In this document: positions 12,941 to 26,095 of the stretch, piece by piece | Layout of the letters: the number at the start of each line of letters is the position of its first letter | How positions within the stretch are numbered: position 1 is the stretch's first letter | Source: Camelus ferus | Lineage: Eukaryota | Assembly (NCBI RefSeq): GCF_009834535.1 | Contig: NC_045697.1 | Span: 87,174,001-87,238,000 of the forward strand | DNA length: 64,000 nucleotides | Direction: 5' to 3' | Notes under the pieces: generated by a model | The model's database searches: none | What the model saw: only the letters and a program-made list of their open reading frames with translations | Told to the model about the DNA's origin: nothing | Made by a program: the position numbers and the translations under genes

Positions 12941-15478
12941 GTTGGAGAATGATTGAAGTGTATAGAGAAATCTAAAAAGGACTGAGGTTGCTTGTGGACA
13001 AGGTAGGATGAGGATTAAAAGAGATTTCAAAGTGGCAGAAAAAAAACTTTTGGGAGTGATGGATATGTTCATTATTTTGATTATAGTGATGGTTTCACAG
13101 GAGTATATTTATGGGGCAAAAACTTATAAAATTATACACTTTACATATGAAGAATTTATTGAACGTCATTGACACCTCAGTAAAGCCGAAAAAATGTATA
13201 AAACATAGAAGGACTGATAGGGTAAAAATTGACAGATTATACAACTGGTAGTCTCAATGAATGAAGACCATCTGTAACCATTTGGATAGTCTCTGAATTC
13301 AATGTAGGTATATTTTTGTCTTTTGCGACTGTTAATTTTTCCGTTTTACCAGAGACAAAATATTTTCAATGCATTTTTTTTTTTGAGCAAAGTAGCACTT
13401 GTTGTATATAATACCTGTCAAGGTCCATATGCAGAAACCAGATTAATTACAAACTAGTAAGTAGAATCTTGAAAATGGGACATTATAAAAATAACGATTT
13501 TAGTTTGTATAGAACTTTTAATAATCATTATCTTATTTAGCTTTTATAATCCTATGGGTTAGTGGAATTAGTTTATGCTAATTTTACATGTAGAGCCTCC
13601 AGATTCATTAAACCATCCCATGCATTTTGCAAATATATTTTTTCTGATTTAAAATTGAAGTTATGAATACTTCTCTCTTTTTACAAATGAATACTTTGAA
13701 AAACTTAATTTCATTTTAACTTTATTAAGTGTCCTTTGTAAGTAGACTGCACTTCATATTTGAACCTGCATGTAATGTTCACATTTTATTCAGTCACACT
13801 GACGTTGTTCATGAGTAGTCTGAGGAGAATTAGCCCTTCATTTTCCCTAGAAATTTTCAGTATAAATTCTTTTTTAAAAACTACTGTATATGCCTAATTG
13901 TGTGTACATATACTTTTGTAGGAAAAAAACTGAAAAGATATATATATTAAAATGTTTAAAAGTGATTATCTGTAGAAAAGGTAGTATGTATATATTTCCC
14001 TCTGTTTTCTAAATTTTCTGCTATGAACATGCATTTCTCTTTAAGTTATTTTTAAAAGTGTAATTGTATATACATATATAAAAACTTTACTGTCATTAAA
14101 TTTTGATGTCTTAAGTTTCCTGAACTAAATTCTCTACCATTCCTTAGCACCATAATAGCACCTTAGTACCATAGACATATATACTCAATCTCAGTTCTAC
14201 AATAAGTCAAATTCAACAATAATGAGGCAATGAAGAGCTCATTCAGATAAAATAAATGATCTTTTCCTTAATTGCCAATAGATGACCTAATTTATGTAGA
14301 CATTATTTTTCAGAGAGTACTTAGCTGACTGCAGCTTGTTATAATTCTATTGAAAAATCAGTACTCACTGATGGTTAAAATCTTTAATGGTTGTTATGGG
14401 AAGATTATAAGGACCTCTGTCTCTGTAGTAAAATCTTTTACCAACACAGCTGAAAATGTATGGTAAATTTATCCTGTGATACTACAGAAACCAAGAGTTG
14501 TGAGGTTTGAGAATTACAATGAATTCCACAATTCTTGTGTATGTTATACTGAAAATTAGAGCTAGTAAGAGTGAAAAATATTAATATAGCAGTCATAAAA
14601 ATTAAATTATGTGAATATTCAGATTTTGAGAATGTTTTATATGGAATCTTCTGTTATCTTTTTTGTGCTTAAACCAAACCACAAATGGTGGTTACAATTG
14701 ATTTTAATAATAAATATGTTTAATCAAAGTACTTTGAAAATAAAAATTCTTATTACTCCTTAATGTCACTCTAATATGTTCAAGTCAAGAAAGTACATTT
14801 TATAAATATGTATTTTCCCAGTAATTAAATTGTGTCCTATTTGCACCCTCAGAAAGAGACTAGTTTTAGTTTATTCTTTCTCACCAGTAAGGCCAGGCCA
14901 GTTGTCTTAATTAATTTGCCAGGACATACTGTGAAGTTAGTAAGTGGCAGTTATCCCCTTCTTATAGAAGACTGAGGGATGAAAGTGTTAGGCAGTTTGC
15001 CAGTAGGCAAGTAGTAAACCCATGGAAGAGCTCAAGTATTCTCTAGGTCTGTAGAATTGACAGTTTTTCTAGTTGCTCTAGTATTCATTGAAATCATTTT
15101 GTTTTTATTACCCTGTTATATAGACATAACAGAAATTATGGAAAGAGCACATCTTCGTAACTCTTTAGCTCTATACATCTGTTGGTTTCATTTACTTTTT
15201 AATATTCTTTAGAACAGATATTTTTCTGTCTTGCTTATTAGCAAAGCTCAGTTAATTTAAGGATAAGCTGTATAAATTATCTAATTCAATTTCTTTACAT
15301 GCTTCAAGTAATATAGTCATGCTAATTATGCTTTCTCTTTTGTTCTGTTCTCATCTAAAGCCAGATCATAGTTTTATATATGATGTTCTGCACTGGGTAC
15401 CAGATGCAAGGCAAGCCAGTAAATGACTTAAAATTATCCAGAGAGATCCCAGCTTTAGTTGAAAAAGGAAGGTATCTT

Positions 15479-15611
15479 TTTTGTTTGTTTGTTTGTTTGT
15501 TTTCAATTTTTTCTTATTTGTTTTTTGGGTTAATGGAGGTACTGGGGATTGAACCCAGGACTTGGTGCATGCTAGCACATGCTCTACCACTGAGCTATAC
15601 CCCTCTCCCCA
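15479..15611 (-). mobile_element. tRNA-derived SINE (camelid Vic-1-like)
   Basis: Reverse strand reads gtatagctcagtggtagagc (A box) ... gggttcaatccc (B box) with an A-rich tail. The 17-bp TSD aaaaaggaaggtatctt (15462-15478) / aaaaaggaagatgtctt (15612-15628) has 2 mismatches. Confidence 0.9.
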
Positions 15612-18600
15612 AAAAAGGAAGATGTCTTGTGACTGGGACTGTTGTAAACCACACAGTAATTATAAGTCTCCATAGTTTTAAAAGGGCATTTTTCTCCTCT
15701 TTCTTTAACCTGTCTTAAGTATTAGATATTAAAAGTAATGTTTCTCTCAATAACAGGGAAAAAAAAAACACCAAACTTGTCTTTACAGTCAGCTTTTGAA
15801 ACAAAAGCAGCTCCCCTGGGATAAAAATATGTCTACACAGAGCCTGTCTTGTAAAATTTTCCAGGCTCGTAGGGACTTGAACCCTGTTCTTTGGTTATTT
15901 GATGAAATTGCTCATACTAGTTTGTGAATACTTCTGAACGTCCTTATATTTTTTGTATATAATATTTTTTAAAAATCTTGTCAGTTTTGGTTTCTCGCAT
16001 CAGTAGATGGACCAGTGGAAAAGTGGGACTTGCTTACAAATTGCATTGTATTTTCCCAGCCTCAAATAACTTTTCTCCTTCCAGTCTCATACAGAACATA
16101 TTAACTAAAGTGTCCACTGAACATTTAATGTATATGGCTTTAAAATGCTATTTATCCTTTTTATCCCTAAATTGCTAGCTCCTGAAAGGGGGAGATTTAC
16201 TCTCTTGCTTGTGATATTCCTAGTGCCTGTGTCTTAGATAGAGTTGGTTTTTAGCAAATCATTAATAAATCATTATTCTGTTTCTTTTACCTGTTACATA
16301 GTCGGGGGAATAATTTTATCTAGCAATACTGACAGAGCCTGCATATATATGCCAGTTGCCCAGTTCTTTAATGAAACTGAAGCTGGAGGTGAGTCAGGCA
16401 AGAAAACCAATGCGATAACCATACAGGACCCTTGATGATGGCTGCAGCTTCTTCATTTTATCTTGTCGGTGACATAAGAAGTTCCTCAAGTAAGACTCAC
16501 TGGTGACAAATCAAGCAGTTGGTGATACTGCACATCTAATAATAGCAAACTATGCACTTTCCATTTGTTAATATGCTAAGCACTTTGCATTATCCTTTTC
16601 TTTTATAAGAGAGAAATCTGAAACTTAGTTTACGAACTTCCACGGAGTAATAGTTTGTAGTGGCTTGATTAATACTCTGTTTGAATCCAAAGCCAATAAT
16701 TTTTAAGAACTTCCAAACATTTATAATAAAAAATGAGAAACATAAGTACCACTTCTTGAGAATTTACTATATATGTAGGTTCACTGAGACATGTATTATT
16801 CAGTCTTCCCAGCAATTCTCTGGCAAATACTTTCTCATTTTGTACATGAGGAAATTGATGCCCAGTGAGATATATCCATTTGGCATACTGCTGTGTGTGT
16901 GTGTGTATGTATGTATCTATATATATCTTTAGGAATGGCATTCTAGTGACTGAAGTGAATAATTTCAAGTGTCTTTTATACAGTATTTCTTAATCCTTGG
17001 AGGTTTTTTTCCTTTTTGGTGATTGCATATGGATTATTTTTAATGATTTATAGCAGCACTTCAGAGCAATTTAGAATGATCCCAGTCTAGAAATGTCTGA
17101 AATATTTGTAAGGAGTATAATAGAATTTTATTATCTAGAATCCTGCAAACATATATGATGAATGTCAGTAGAAAAAGATATATTTGCTGTCTTTTTAATT
17201 TTGCTTTTGTAAAACAACGCATTCTTCTTAAGTTAAAAAATAACCAGCGCATCTAATTTGAAAAAAATCATGTGTAAGTTACAGAAGGTTGTAGCTTTAT
17301 ATGTTTTATAATATGTTAATTGTTCTAGCAGCATTCAGAAACTCAAGTGTTTATAAGTATAACCTGCTGTTTAGTTTCCCATGGTCCTTCACAGCCCCAG
17401 GTCCTAGAAACAAACAAACAAGACTTTATATAGGAAAAATTGAAACAAATTCAAAGTATGACCTATAACTTGAGGTATGAACTTGCTTAAAATGTAGTTA
17501 CATCCTGCTAGTTCATGAATTTTCAGAATGCTGTCGCTAATTGTAGAATTAGAGTCTAGCAAGAAATAATTCCAGAGAGAATCAGTGAAGTGTCAAAAAG
17601 ACAAATGAAAAAGGATGAAATTTACTCAATTTTAGAACCAGGAAATGTTAGACCTTAAAGAGACCTTAGAGGTGATCTTAGCCTGCCTCCCAACTAGGGA
17701 GGTGGAAACCAGCTTTATCATGTAGAGAAAGTCAAGAGCTATACTCGAGGGATCAAAAACTGTGGGAGAGTTTTCTAATTGAGCCCTTTTCTCTCCTCCA
17801 TAGTGCCCTGTAATTGCTCACCCTGTTTTTAGTATAAGGCAAGAGAGTAGCAGTCTAGTGCCAGCTAGAGGCAGACAATAGCAAAACCTACTCAGCTTAG
17901 ATAATGAAACATGTTCTTCTTGAAAGAGTCCTTTCCATTCTTAGAGTCAGAGAAACTGATGCTGGAAAGGACCTTAGAGCTAATTAGTCTATGTAGCAAG
18001 GGGAGTGGGAGTTACGAGATCAGACTGACCATACCCCCATGAACATACACACAGGGCTATAGGTTTCTCAGATATACCTGGAAGCCTTTTCACAGACACA
18101 CACACCCTCACCCACCTCTCTCACTGTAGCATTATTAGGGCAGTGGGCCTCTGTGTTTAATGAGACCGAGTAGGATCACCTCTGGTGTCTTGAGGCAGAA
18201 AATGGGTTGAAAACCACTGACTGTCCAAATGCTTATATTATACACATGATCATTAAACCTTTGAAAAGATAAAATGACTTGTCCAAAAGCACTTAGGGAG
18301 AGAAAATAGTAAACCTGAACCTCAGATCAGGTGATTCTTTATTTCTTTTGGACTTTAAAAATATTTGGGAGTCCTGTTAGAATTCATCTGTGACAGTGTA
18401 TTTATAATTAGAGGTCAATCTCAGGAATTTCAGAGCAAATGATATATTATTTGTATGTGGAGGGGAGGGGATACTTATAGTTTTTATGTCAGTGCAATTT
18501 TTTATGAACTCTCAGGATAAAGGCTAGAGTTTACTAAGCTATTAATTTACTGAGGCATAACAATAATAGAGATGAATAAAACATCTTTTCAGTATTTCGT

Positions 18601-20719
18601 CTTTCTCCTTCTTGACAAGTGAAGTTCCAGGTGTGGTAATACCTATTATGTAGTGGCTCCCCAAAGAAGTTCAAGGCCAGAAATACAGAGTGCATAGGCA
18701 GTATATAAACATGCTTATTGTTGCATCATGTCAGTGGAGGAAAATACAGAAAGTACATTTGAGCACAATAAATCTCTCCTAAAGAGAGCATTACTTGCTA
18801 CAACCTGTCTGCGGCAATCAGAGGAAGGAAGTCAGCAAGAAAGGGAAAAAATGCCAGGTTGCAAGTGCCAAATTGTCTCATCACTTGCAACTCAAGAAGA
18901 AGAAAAGATTCCTATAACTCAAAATAAGGTTCACAATTAGCAGCTAAAATTACAATAGTGTGCTAGATTTTAGAATCTTATCTTTCCATATTTTCCCCTA
19001 CCAATAAAGGTGGTCTTTATCCAGATACCAATTATAAAAACCACAGAAGGTATGTGCTGAAAGAGACTTAAGTCATGTCAAACCATCTTATTTTCAGATG
19101 AGGTAGCACGGATCAAAGAACATTATTTGACTCCTAGACCAGTGTTCTGTCCATTAGACTGAATTGTGAAGAATAATTCTAACCAAATCTCTTTCAAATT
19201 CCAGGTAAATCATGCCCCACCAAAAGTGTGTGTCTTTTTTATTTGATTATAGCTATTAAGTGGTTCTGAGGAACTAATTCTGAAGGATTTGCAGATATTA
19301 TTTAGTAGTCTTTTGTAAAGGTTTTGACATGTTTTTAATTTGATATTCTGATCCATTTGGGAGCTATGAAATACTGTTTTTGAAAGTCTCGTTTCCCACT
19401 TAATTATAGTTTTGAAATAACAGTCATGATTCTGTGGGGTGATTGTTTTGGATACATAAGAACCAAGTCAGATTGATTATAAGGTATATCATTATTTTAT
19501 AGATTACTAAGGATGAAGAAATGTGCTTCTTAGAAATCATTGGAGGTAGTTGGTTAGGAAAGGTAAGGACGTTTGGAAGGGGAGGAAGGAGAATGACGGT
19601 AGGAGTGCAGAGTGGAGCCTGGTCGCAGGGTGGATGAGCCTGGCTGAGGCAGCCTTTCCTGGGATCAGGGGGAGTGAATTGCATGTCAGCAGCACCTGGG
19701 GCTAAAGGGTGAGTGGGGCTGAAAACAGTGACAACTGTGCCCAGACCAGAGTCCCAGCCCCCTGGTCTGTTCAGTAGTGAACAGGGGAATGTATCAGAAA
19801 TTGAGTCTTAACAATTTAAATGGGAGAGCAACTGTCAAAATCTTTGAGACTCTCTTAGGATTTAGAAGACAAGTTAAAGGATTGAATGCCAGCCTAAAGC
19901 AAGTGAACCTTATTTTTCAGTCAATAATAGGCTTCTGAAAAGGAGCAAAATAAAGTTAATGTTTTAAGGAGATTAATCTAACAAGGATGTGAATAATTAT
20001 AATCTGCCAGAAATCTTGTCTCCTCCCCCATTCCCCCGTTAGCAAGTACACTCTCTGGAGAAATAATATTAGTGTGATGACTAGTTTTTCTTTCTTTCCA
20101 TCCTTCCTCCTTTCAATTTTTCCAAGTTGTACTACTTTATTGAGAAAAATCTAAGTCCTACATATGGTAGTAAAGAAGCTAGTAGTTACTTACATGAGAT
20201 TTTACCTACCCTCACCAGTAAACTAAAACAGCATTCAGTACATCCTTCAAAAAAAATGATTCATTTTGGGTGGAGTACAGACTTGCCCATAGTCATCCGT
20301 TTTACTGCAGGCAAAATACACACCTCTTCCTGAAAACACAGACAACACAAATTACTGTGGCCAGCTTCTTGCATTATCACTTTTACATCAGCTCATAATC
20401 ACCTAATGCTACTAATGTAAACACCCTTACTAAGCACTAGGCTTCCTTTGGTAGTATTCTGGGATAACCTCTCATTCTAGTCTGCTTTGACATTTCTTCT
20501 TCCTACAAAATTCTCTAATCTCTGACAGTGTATTTTATCACCTTCATTATCTCTGTGAACAAGAAATTGCCTAGTTGTTTGCTGCTAAATTCCTACTTCT
20601 TTTAAGAATCAGAGCTTCTGATCATTCACAGCAGAGATTTAGGCTTCTATGCGTAAAGCAGTGCTTCCTTCCTCCCTTCCTCCCTTCTTTTCTTCTTAAA
20701 AAAGACTTTAGTCTTCTCA

Positions 20720-21500
20720 TTGTATTGTCCACTCCTTGAAAGCAAGGACCATATATCTCAAAAGCTTCAGATTTATATCAGATTTATATCTCAGAAGCTT
20801 AGCAGAATGCCTTGTGCATAACAGATAGTCACTAAATATTTGTTGAATTGATTGGTTAGATGATGAGGATTTATATCATATGCTAGCTATAAAGTTTGTA
20901 CTCACCATGCACAGTATTGGTTTAATAAGATATATCCTCCAGCCTCAAAATTGGAATCTAATATGAAACCCAAGAAACACAACTGATTTGAAGACAAGGA
21001 AGCATGAAGTAGTGCTCTAAAAAGAGGGTCAAGAACATTAGAAAGGACAAATTGCTTCCAGCAGGGGTGACTGAGAGATAACAGTTATGCTATATCTTGG
21101 GAAAAGAATGATATTTCAGGAGGCAGAGGAGAGGAGTAGGCAGGCATTCCGTATGGAACTATAGGCAAAGGACATAGACATGAAAACAAGGAATGTATCT
21201 GGAGAATGGTGAATATTCTAATTTGCATGGCTGATACAGCTGGGCCAGTGAGATGAAATCACATCTAGGAAGAGTTCAGACTTTAATAGGCTGTGAAGAG
21301 ACTTAATTTCTGAGTAGAAGAAAGGTACTATCATGAGATTTTAAGAAGATTAATCACTGCTCAGGCTGGATTAGAAAAGGTAGAAACAACAGGCTAGGGT
21401 AAAGGGTTATAATAGTTCTTTGGGAGAGGAATTTAAGACACAAAGCTAAACTAAATCAAAGAAAGAGAAGGATATATGTGAGTGATGTTTTAATGTATGA
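20720..21500. mobile_element. L2 relics (tail-to-tail fragments)
   Basis: ctccttgaaagcaaggacc...aaatatttgttgaattga L2 3' end, followed by purine-rich L2-like body. Confidence 0.5.
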
Positions 21501-22094
21501 AGAAAAAAAGTATCTCACTCTATTGCATATTAGTCAGTTTGCATTTGGATCGCCACATTTTAAGAGAAACACTAGCCAGCCAAGGTAAATCCATTGGAGA
21601 GTAATCAGAATTTAGATGGGAGGGAGGGGAAAGGGCCTGCAAACTGTGAGTTCCTGATTAATCAGTAGGGAAAAGAAAAGACTCTGAAGGAGAGGTGTGA
21701 TAGACAGCTTCAGTTAATCCAAAAGGCTGTCATCTAGAAACGATGACAATGTTCTTATTGTGTTACTCCAGAGGGGTAAAAAGAGGTACTAAGCTATATC
21801 CAGAAGAGTGTAACCTCGATGTGAAAGCATTTGGAAACCATGTGACACAGGAAGAATAACTGAAGTATTTTTAGAGGTTTAATTTATAATAAATAAAACT
21901 TGTAAGGAACTTGAGCACTGTTTTCAAATACATGAAAAGTTGGCTATGTGGAAATGGAACTTATAAACAGATTCAGTTAACTCCATGCATCTCCATTTGT
22001 AAGTTACAGATAAGCAGCTTTCTCTTTAACATAAGGAACATACTATCAAATTGTAGTAGGCCATCCAGCAGAAATATTATAAAAAGTATGTTAG

Positions 22095-23648
22095 CTGGAG
22101 GATTAACCCTCCCAGACTTCAGACAATACTATGGAGCTACAGTAATCAAAACAGCATGGTGTTGGTACAAATACAGACATATGGATCAATGGAACAGAAT
22201 AGAGATCCCAGAAATGAACCCACAAACTTTTGGTCAGTTAATCTTTGACAAAGGGGGCAAGAACATAACAATAGAATAAAGACAGTCTTGTAAGCAAATG
22301 GTGTTGGGGAAACTGGACAGCAGCATGTATATCAATGAAGTTAGAGTACTCCCTCACACCATACACAAAAATAAACTCAAAATGGCTTAAAGACTTAAAC
22401 ATAAGACAACACACAATAAATCTACTAGAAGAAAACATAGACGAAACATTATCTGACATACATCTCAAAAATGTTCTCCTATGGCAGTCTACCCAAGCAA
22501 TTGAAATAAAAGCAAAAATAGACAAGTGGGACCTAATTAAACTTACAAGCTTGTGCACAGCAAAGCAAATCATAAGCAAAACAAAATGACAACCTATGGA
22601 ATGGGAGAAAATACTTGCAAAAGATGAAACTGACAAGGGCTTGATTTCTAGAGTATATAAACAGCTTATATGACTTAATAAGAAAAAACCAAACAACCCA
22701 ATCCAAAAATGGGCAAAAGACCTAAACAAGCAATTGTTTAGGACAGTGAGGACATACAAATGACCAATAGGCACATGAAAAAATGCTCAAAAAATATCAC
22801 TAATTATCAGAGAAATGCAAATCAAAATTACAATGAGGTATCACCTCATACCAGTCAGAATGGCCATAATTCAAAAGCCCACAAATGATAAATGCTGGAG
22901 AGGGTGTGGAGAAAAGGGAGCCCTCCTACACTGTTGGTGGGAATGCAATTTGGTGTAGCCATTGGGGAAAACAGTATGGAGATTCCTCAAAAGACTAAAA
23001 ATAGACTTACCATATGACCCAGTAATCCCACTCCTGGGTATATATTCAGAGGGAACCCTACTTCAAAAAGACACCTGCACCCCAATGCTCATAGCAGCAC
23101 TATTTACAATAGCCAAGACATGGCAACAACCTAAATGTCCATTGACAAATGACTGGGTAAAGAAGTTGTGGTATATTTATACAATGGCATACTGCTCAGA
23201 CATAAAAAATGATAAAATGCCATTTGCAGCAACACGGATGGCCCTGGAGAATGTCATTCTAAGTGAAGTAACCCAGAAAGGGAAAAAAAAAATACCACAT
23301 GATATCACTCATACATGGACTCTGAAAGAAAAAAAAGACAAATGAACTTATATATAAAACAGAAACAGACTCATAGACATAGCATACAGACTTGTGGTTG
23401 CCAGGGGGAAAGGGGGAGGGAAGGGATAAACTGGGAGTCTGAGATTTGCAAATACTGACTGGTATATATAAAACAGATGAACAAGTTTATACCATATAGC
23501 ACAGGGAAATAAATTCAATATCTTGTAGTAACTTACAGTGAAAAAGTATATGAAAATGAATATATGTGTAATCATGTATGATTGAAGAATTGTGCTGTAC
23601 ACCAGAAATTGACACAACATTGTAAACTGACTATACCTTGATTTGAAA
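22095..23648 (+). mobile_element. Young 5'-truncated LINE-1 (ORF2 C-terminus plus 3'UTR)
   Basis: ORFs give [32 protein letters not shown] and [19 protein letters not shown] aaaaagtatgttag (22081-22094) / aaaaagtacgttag (23649-23662). Confidence 0.97.
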
Positions 23649-23949
23649 AAAAAGTACGTTAGAAGTGACAAATGTTTTTAAAGGAGCAAGTTAATAGCAT
23701 CCATTGGATGTATTTTATTAGTATGTATCTCTGTTATCAGAGGATAAAGGAAGAAGAATCAGTGGGCCCACCAATGTCTTAGAGGTTAATTTCCATACTA
23801 TTTACTTATATTATTGAATGAGTAGTTCAGAATTTATAGCTCTAAGAGAAGCAAAAACAAAGAGAAAAAAGCAAATAAAACAAATAAGGAAGTTGACATA
23901 TCCATTATCAATAACAAAATCTCTTTCTTAAACTGCATACCAAATAAGG

Positions 23950-24480
23950 AGGTGTGGCCTAGTGGAAGAAGCAATGGGTCGACACAAAGCATACAAGAAT
24001 TTGAAGCCAATTCTGCCGCTTACCAGCTATTTTAACTTTGGCGTATTATTTGGCGTCTCTTGGTCATGATTTAATCATCTGTAAAATAGGGATCTAATTA
24101 CTCTCTTTCAGGGTTATTATAAAGATTAATAATAGTGTTTATTCAGTACATAGAAAAGAACCCAGAACATATTTGATATTAAAAAATACCAACTATTAAT
24201 GTTATCTGAAAAGGTTTTAAATAAGCATACTACATAGACACAAAATGGTAAGAAGGAAAGAACATGGGCTTTGGAGTCAGACTGAACTCACTGAAGCCTA
24301 GTTCAGTCACTTCATTAGCAGTACATCCATAGCAACCTGTTTAACCAATATGAACACAGGTTCTTTATCTGTAAAATGAGAACAATACTTATCTACTCTA
24401 CAGGTTCAGAATATTAAATTAGGTCATGTTTATTATTTCTGTGCTAGCAGATTCGGGTATGTAGTAAAACCTGTGTTAAT
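23950..24480. mobile_element. Two MIR relics
   Basis: catctgtaaaatagggat and gggctttggagtcagactg...atctgtaaaatgagaaca MIR cores. Confidence 0.7.
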
Positions 24481-25819
24481 TTCATTTCATTTCCTCAAAT
24501 GTATGAACAGGCAGTACCCAACTCATAACCTGTTAATGGTATTTTACAGACTTAGATGGACTGGAAGTCCTGGCTGGGCTCCACAGTCCCGGAGGGAAGG
24601 AAGAGCTGTTACTGTTTGCCAGTGCCAACTTCTGGTACTGATTCATGTAATGGACTGCCTTCTATTATGCAACCCTTGAAAGGAAATATCTAAGTTTTAA
24701 TAGATGAAGAGAGGATAGAGACTCAAATCTGGTTTTATCCAGAAGTAGAATTTGTTTCCAACACCCAGACACACTTCTGTAACTCCTTCTCTCTAAACCT
24801 TATCTAAAACTTCTGAAGCTTTACCTTTTCCAGAAACGTATAGCAATCAGAGGAGAGATTTGAAGTCCACCACTTACACCTGGGGTTCTACCCTCTCATC
24901 TTCAGCAATGTTATAGTCAGCTTATATTGACTGTTTCTTATTGTTGAGCTAGTTTGCTTTCTTCTTTCTGTCTGCAAATTTACCATGATGCTCTTCTTGT
25001 CTAGAAAGCCACCTGCCCTGGGCTCTTATATAATTCTGAGCCACACTTGAAGAATCATCCACAGTTCCGCCCCCTCTGTGGCCTCTAGTGCCCCTCCAGC
25101 CCGTGGTATTTCCCTCACCTTCATCTCTCTCAGCCCCTACTCTGACTTCACGTTTTCACACTTATTTTCTGTTTTGAGTTCTTCTCTAATTATTTTATTG
25201 TGTAATTTATCTTCCCCAATAGAAATGTAAGCCCTTGAAGGGTAGAAAACTATATTACCATCTTTCTTTTATGTTCCCCATTGTGCCTAGCAAAAATGTA
25301 GTTGTGTATGGTAAATGTTTGATTGAAGTTTATTGAATTGCTTAATTTTAGATATTTGTTGAGGTCTCCGCCAACACTTAATTACTTTGTTCAGTTAATC
25401 TACCTTTGAAATTTTTCTTAGCATTTCTGATTTATTTTCATAATTGGAAACACTTTGAGATTTCATAACTAGGAATCACTTAGTATAAAAAACCAACTAA
25501 GTGTTCTAATAACTTGTCCATTTTTCTTTCTCCTGAATATGATACTAAAGAAAACAATAAATGGCACTTCTACTTATTTAATGATTCTGTAATTCTGAAT
25601 ATATGTTTAATGGCAATAAGAATGTAAAGTTTGAAGGTTTTTTTTAGTGTATCTGAAAAGTATTAAAATTTTCCTTTTCACTCAATATATAGATGGTTAT
25701 AACCCCTGATAAACGTGTGGGATTTTCATTTTCACTTCACTTTAAGAAAAATCTTATCTGGAGAGTCCTATAAAAAAAAGTATATTGGGGTCTAGAAAAA
25801 TTCTTAGTTTAAAAATAAT

Positions 25820-26095
25820 AAATTATACAATTTCATTTATATGAAATATCCAGATAAGGCAAATCTGTGGAGACAAAAATCAAAACAGTAGTTGTCTGGG
25901 ACTGGGGTTGGGAGTTGCCTGGGGGATTAACTGTAAATAGGCATAAGGCAGCTTTTGGGAGCAATGAAAATATTCTAAAACTAGATTATGGTAAAGGTTG
26001 CACAGCATGATAAATTTACTAAAAAGTATTGTATTATGTACTTAATATTGGTGAATTTTACAGTATGTAAGTTCTTCGGTAAAGTTGTTAAAAAT
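25820..26095 (+). mobile_element. Old L1 3'UTR fragment
   Basis: ttcatttatatgaaatatccagataaggcaaatc...ggtgaattttacagtatgtaagtt...aaagttgttaaaa. Confidence 0.7.

Noticed and set aside
14142..14174. ccttagcaccata / ccttagtaccata repeat
   Set aside because: Two-copy micro-duplication; not an array
15530..15610. tRNA-like A and B boxes
   Set aside because: SINE head with tail and TSD, not a tRNA gene
22238..22774. 178-aa hydrophobic ORF
   Set aside because: Antisense reading of L1 ORF2
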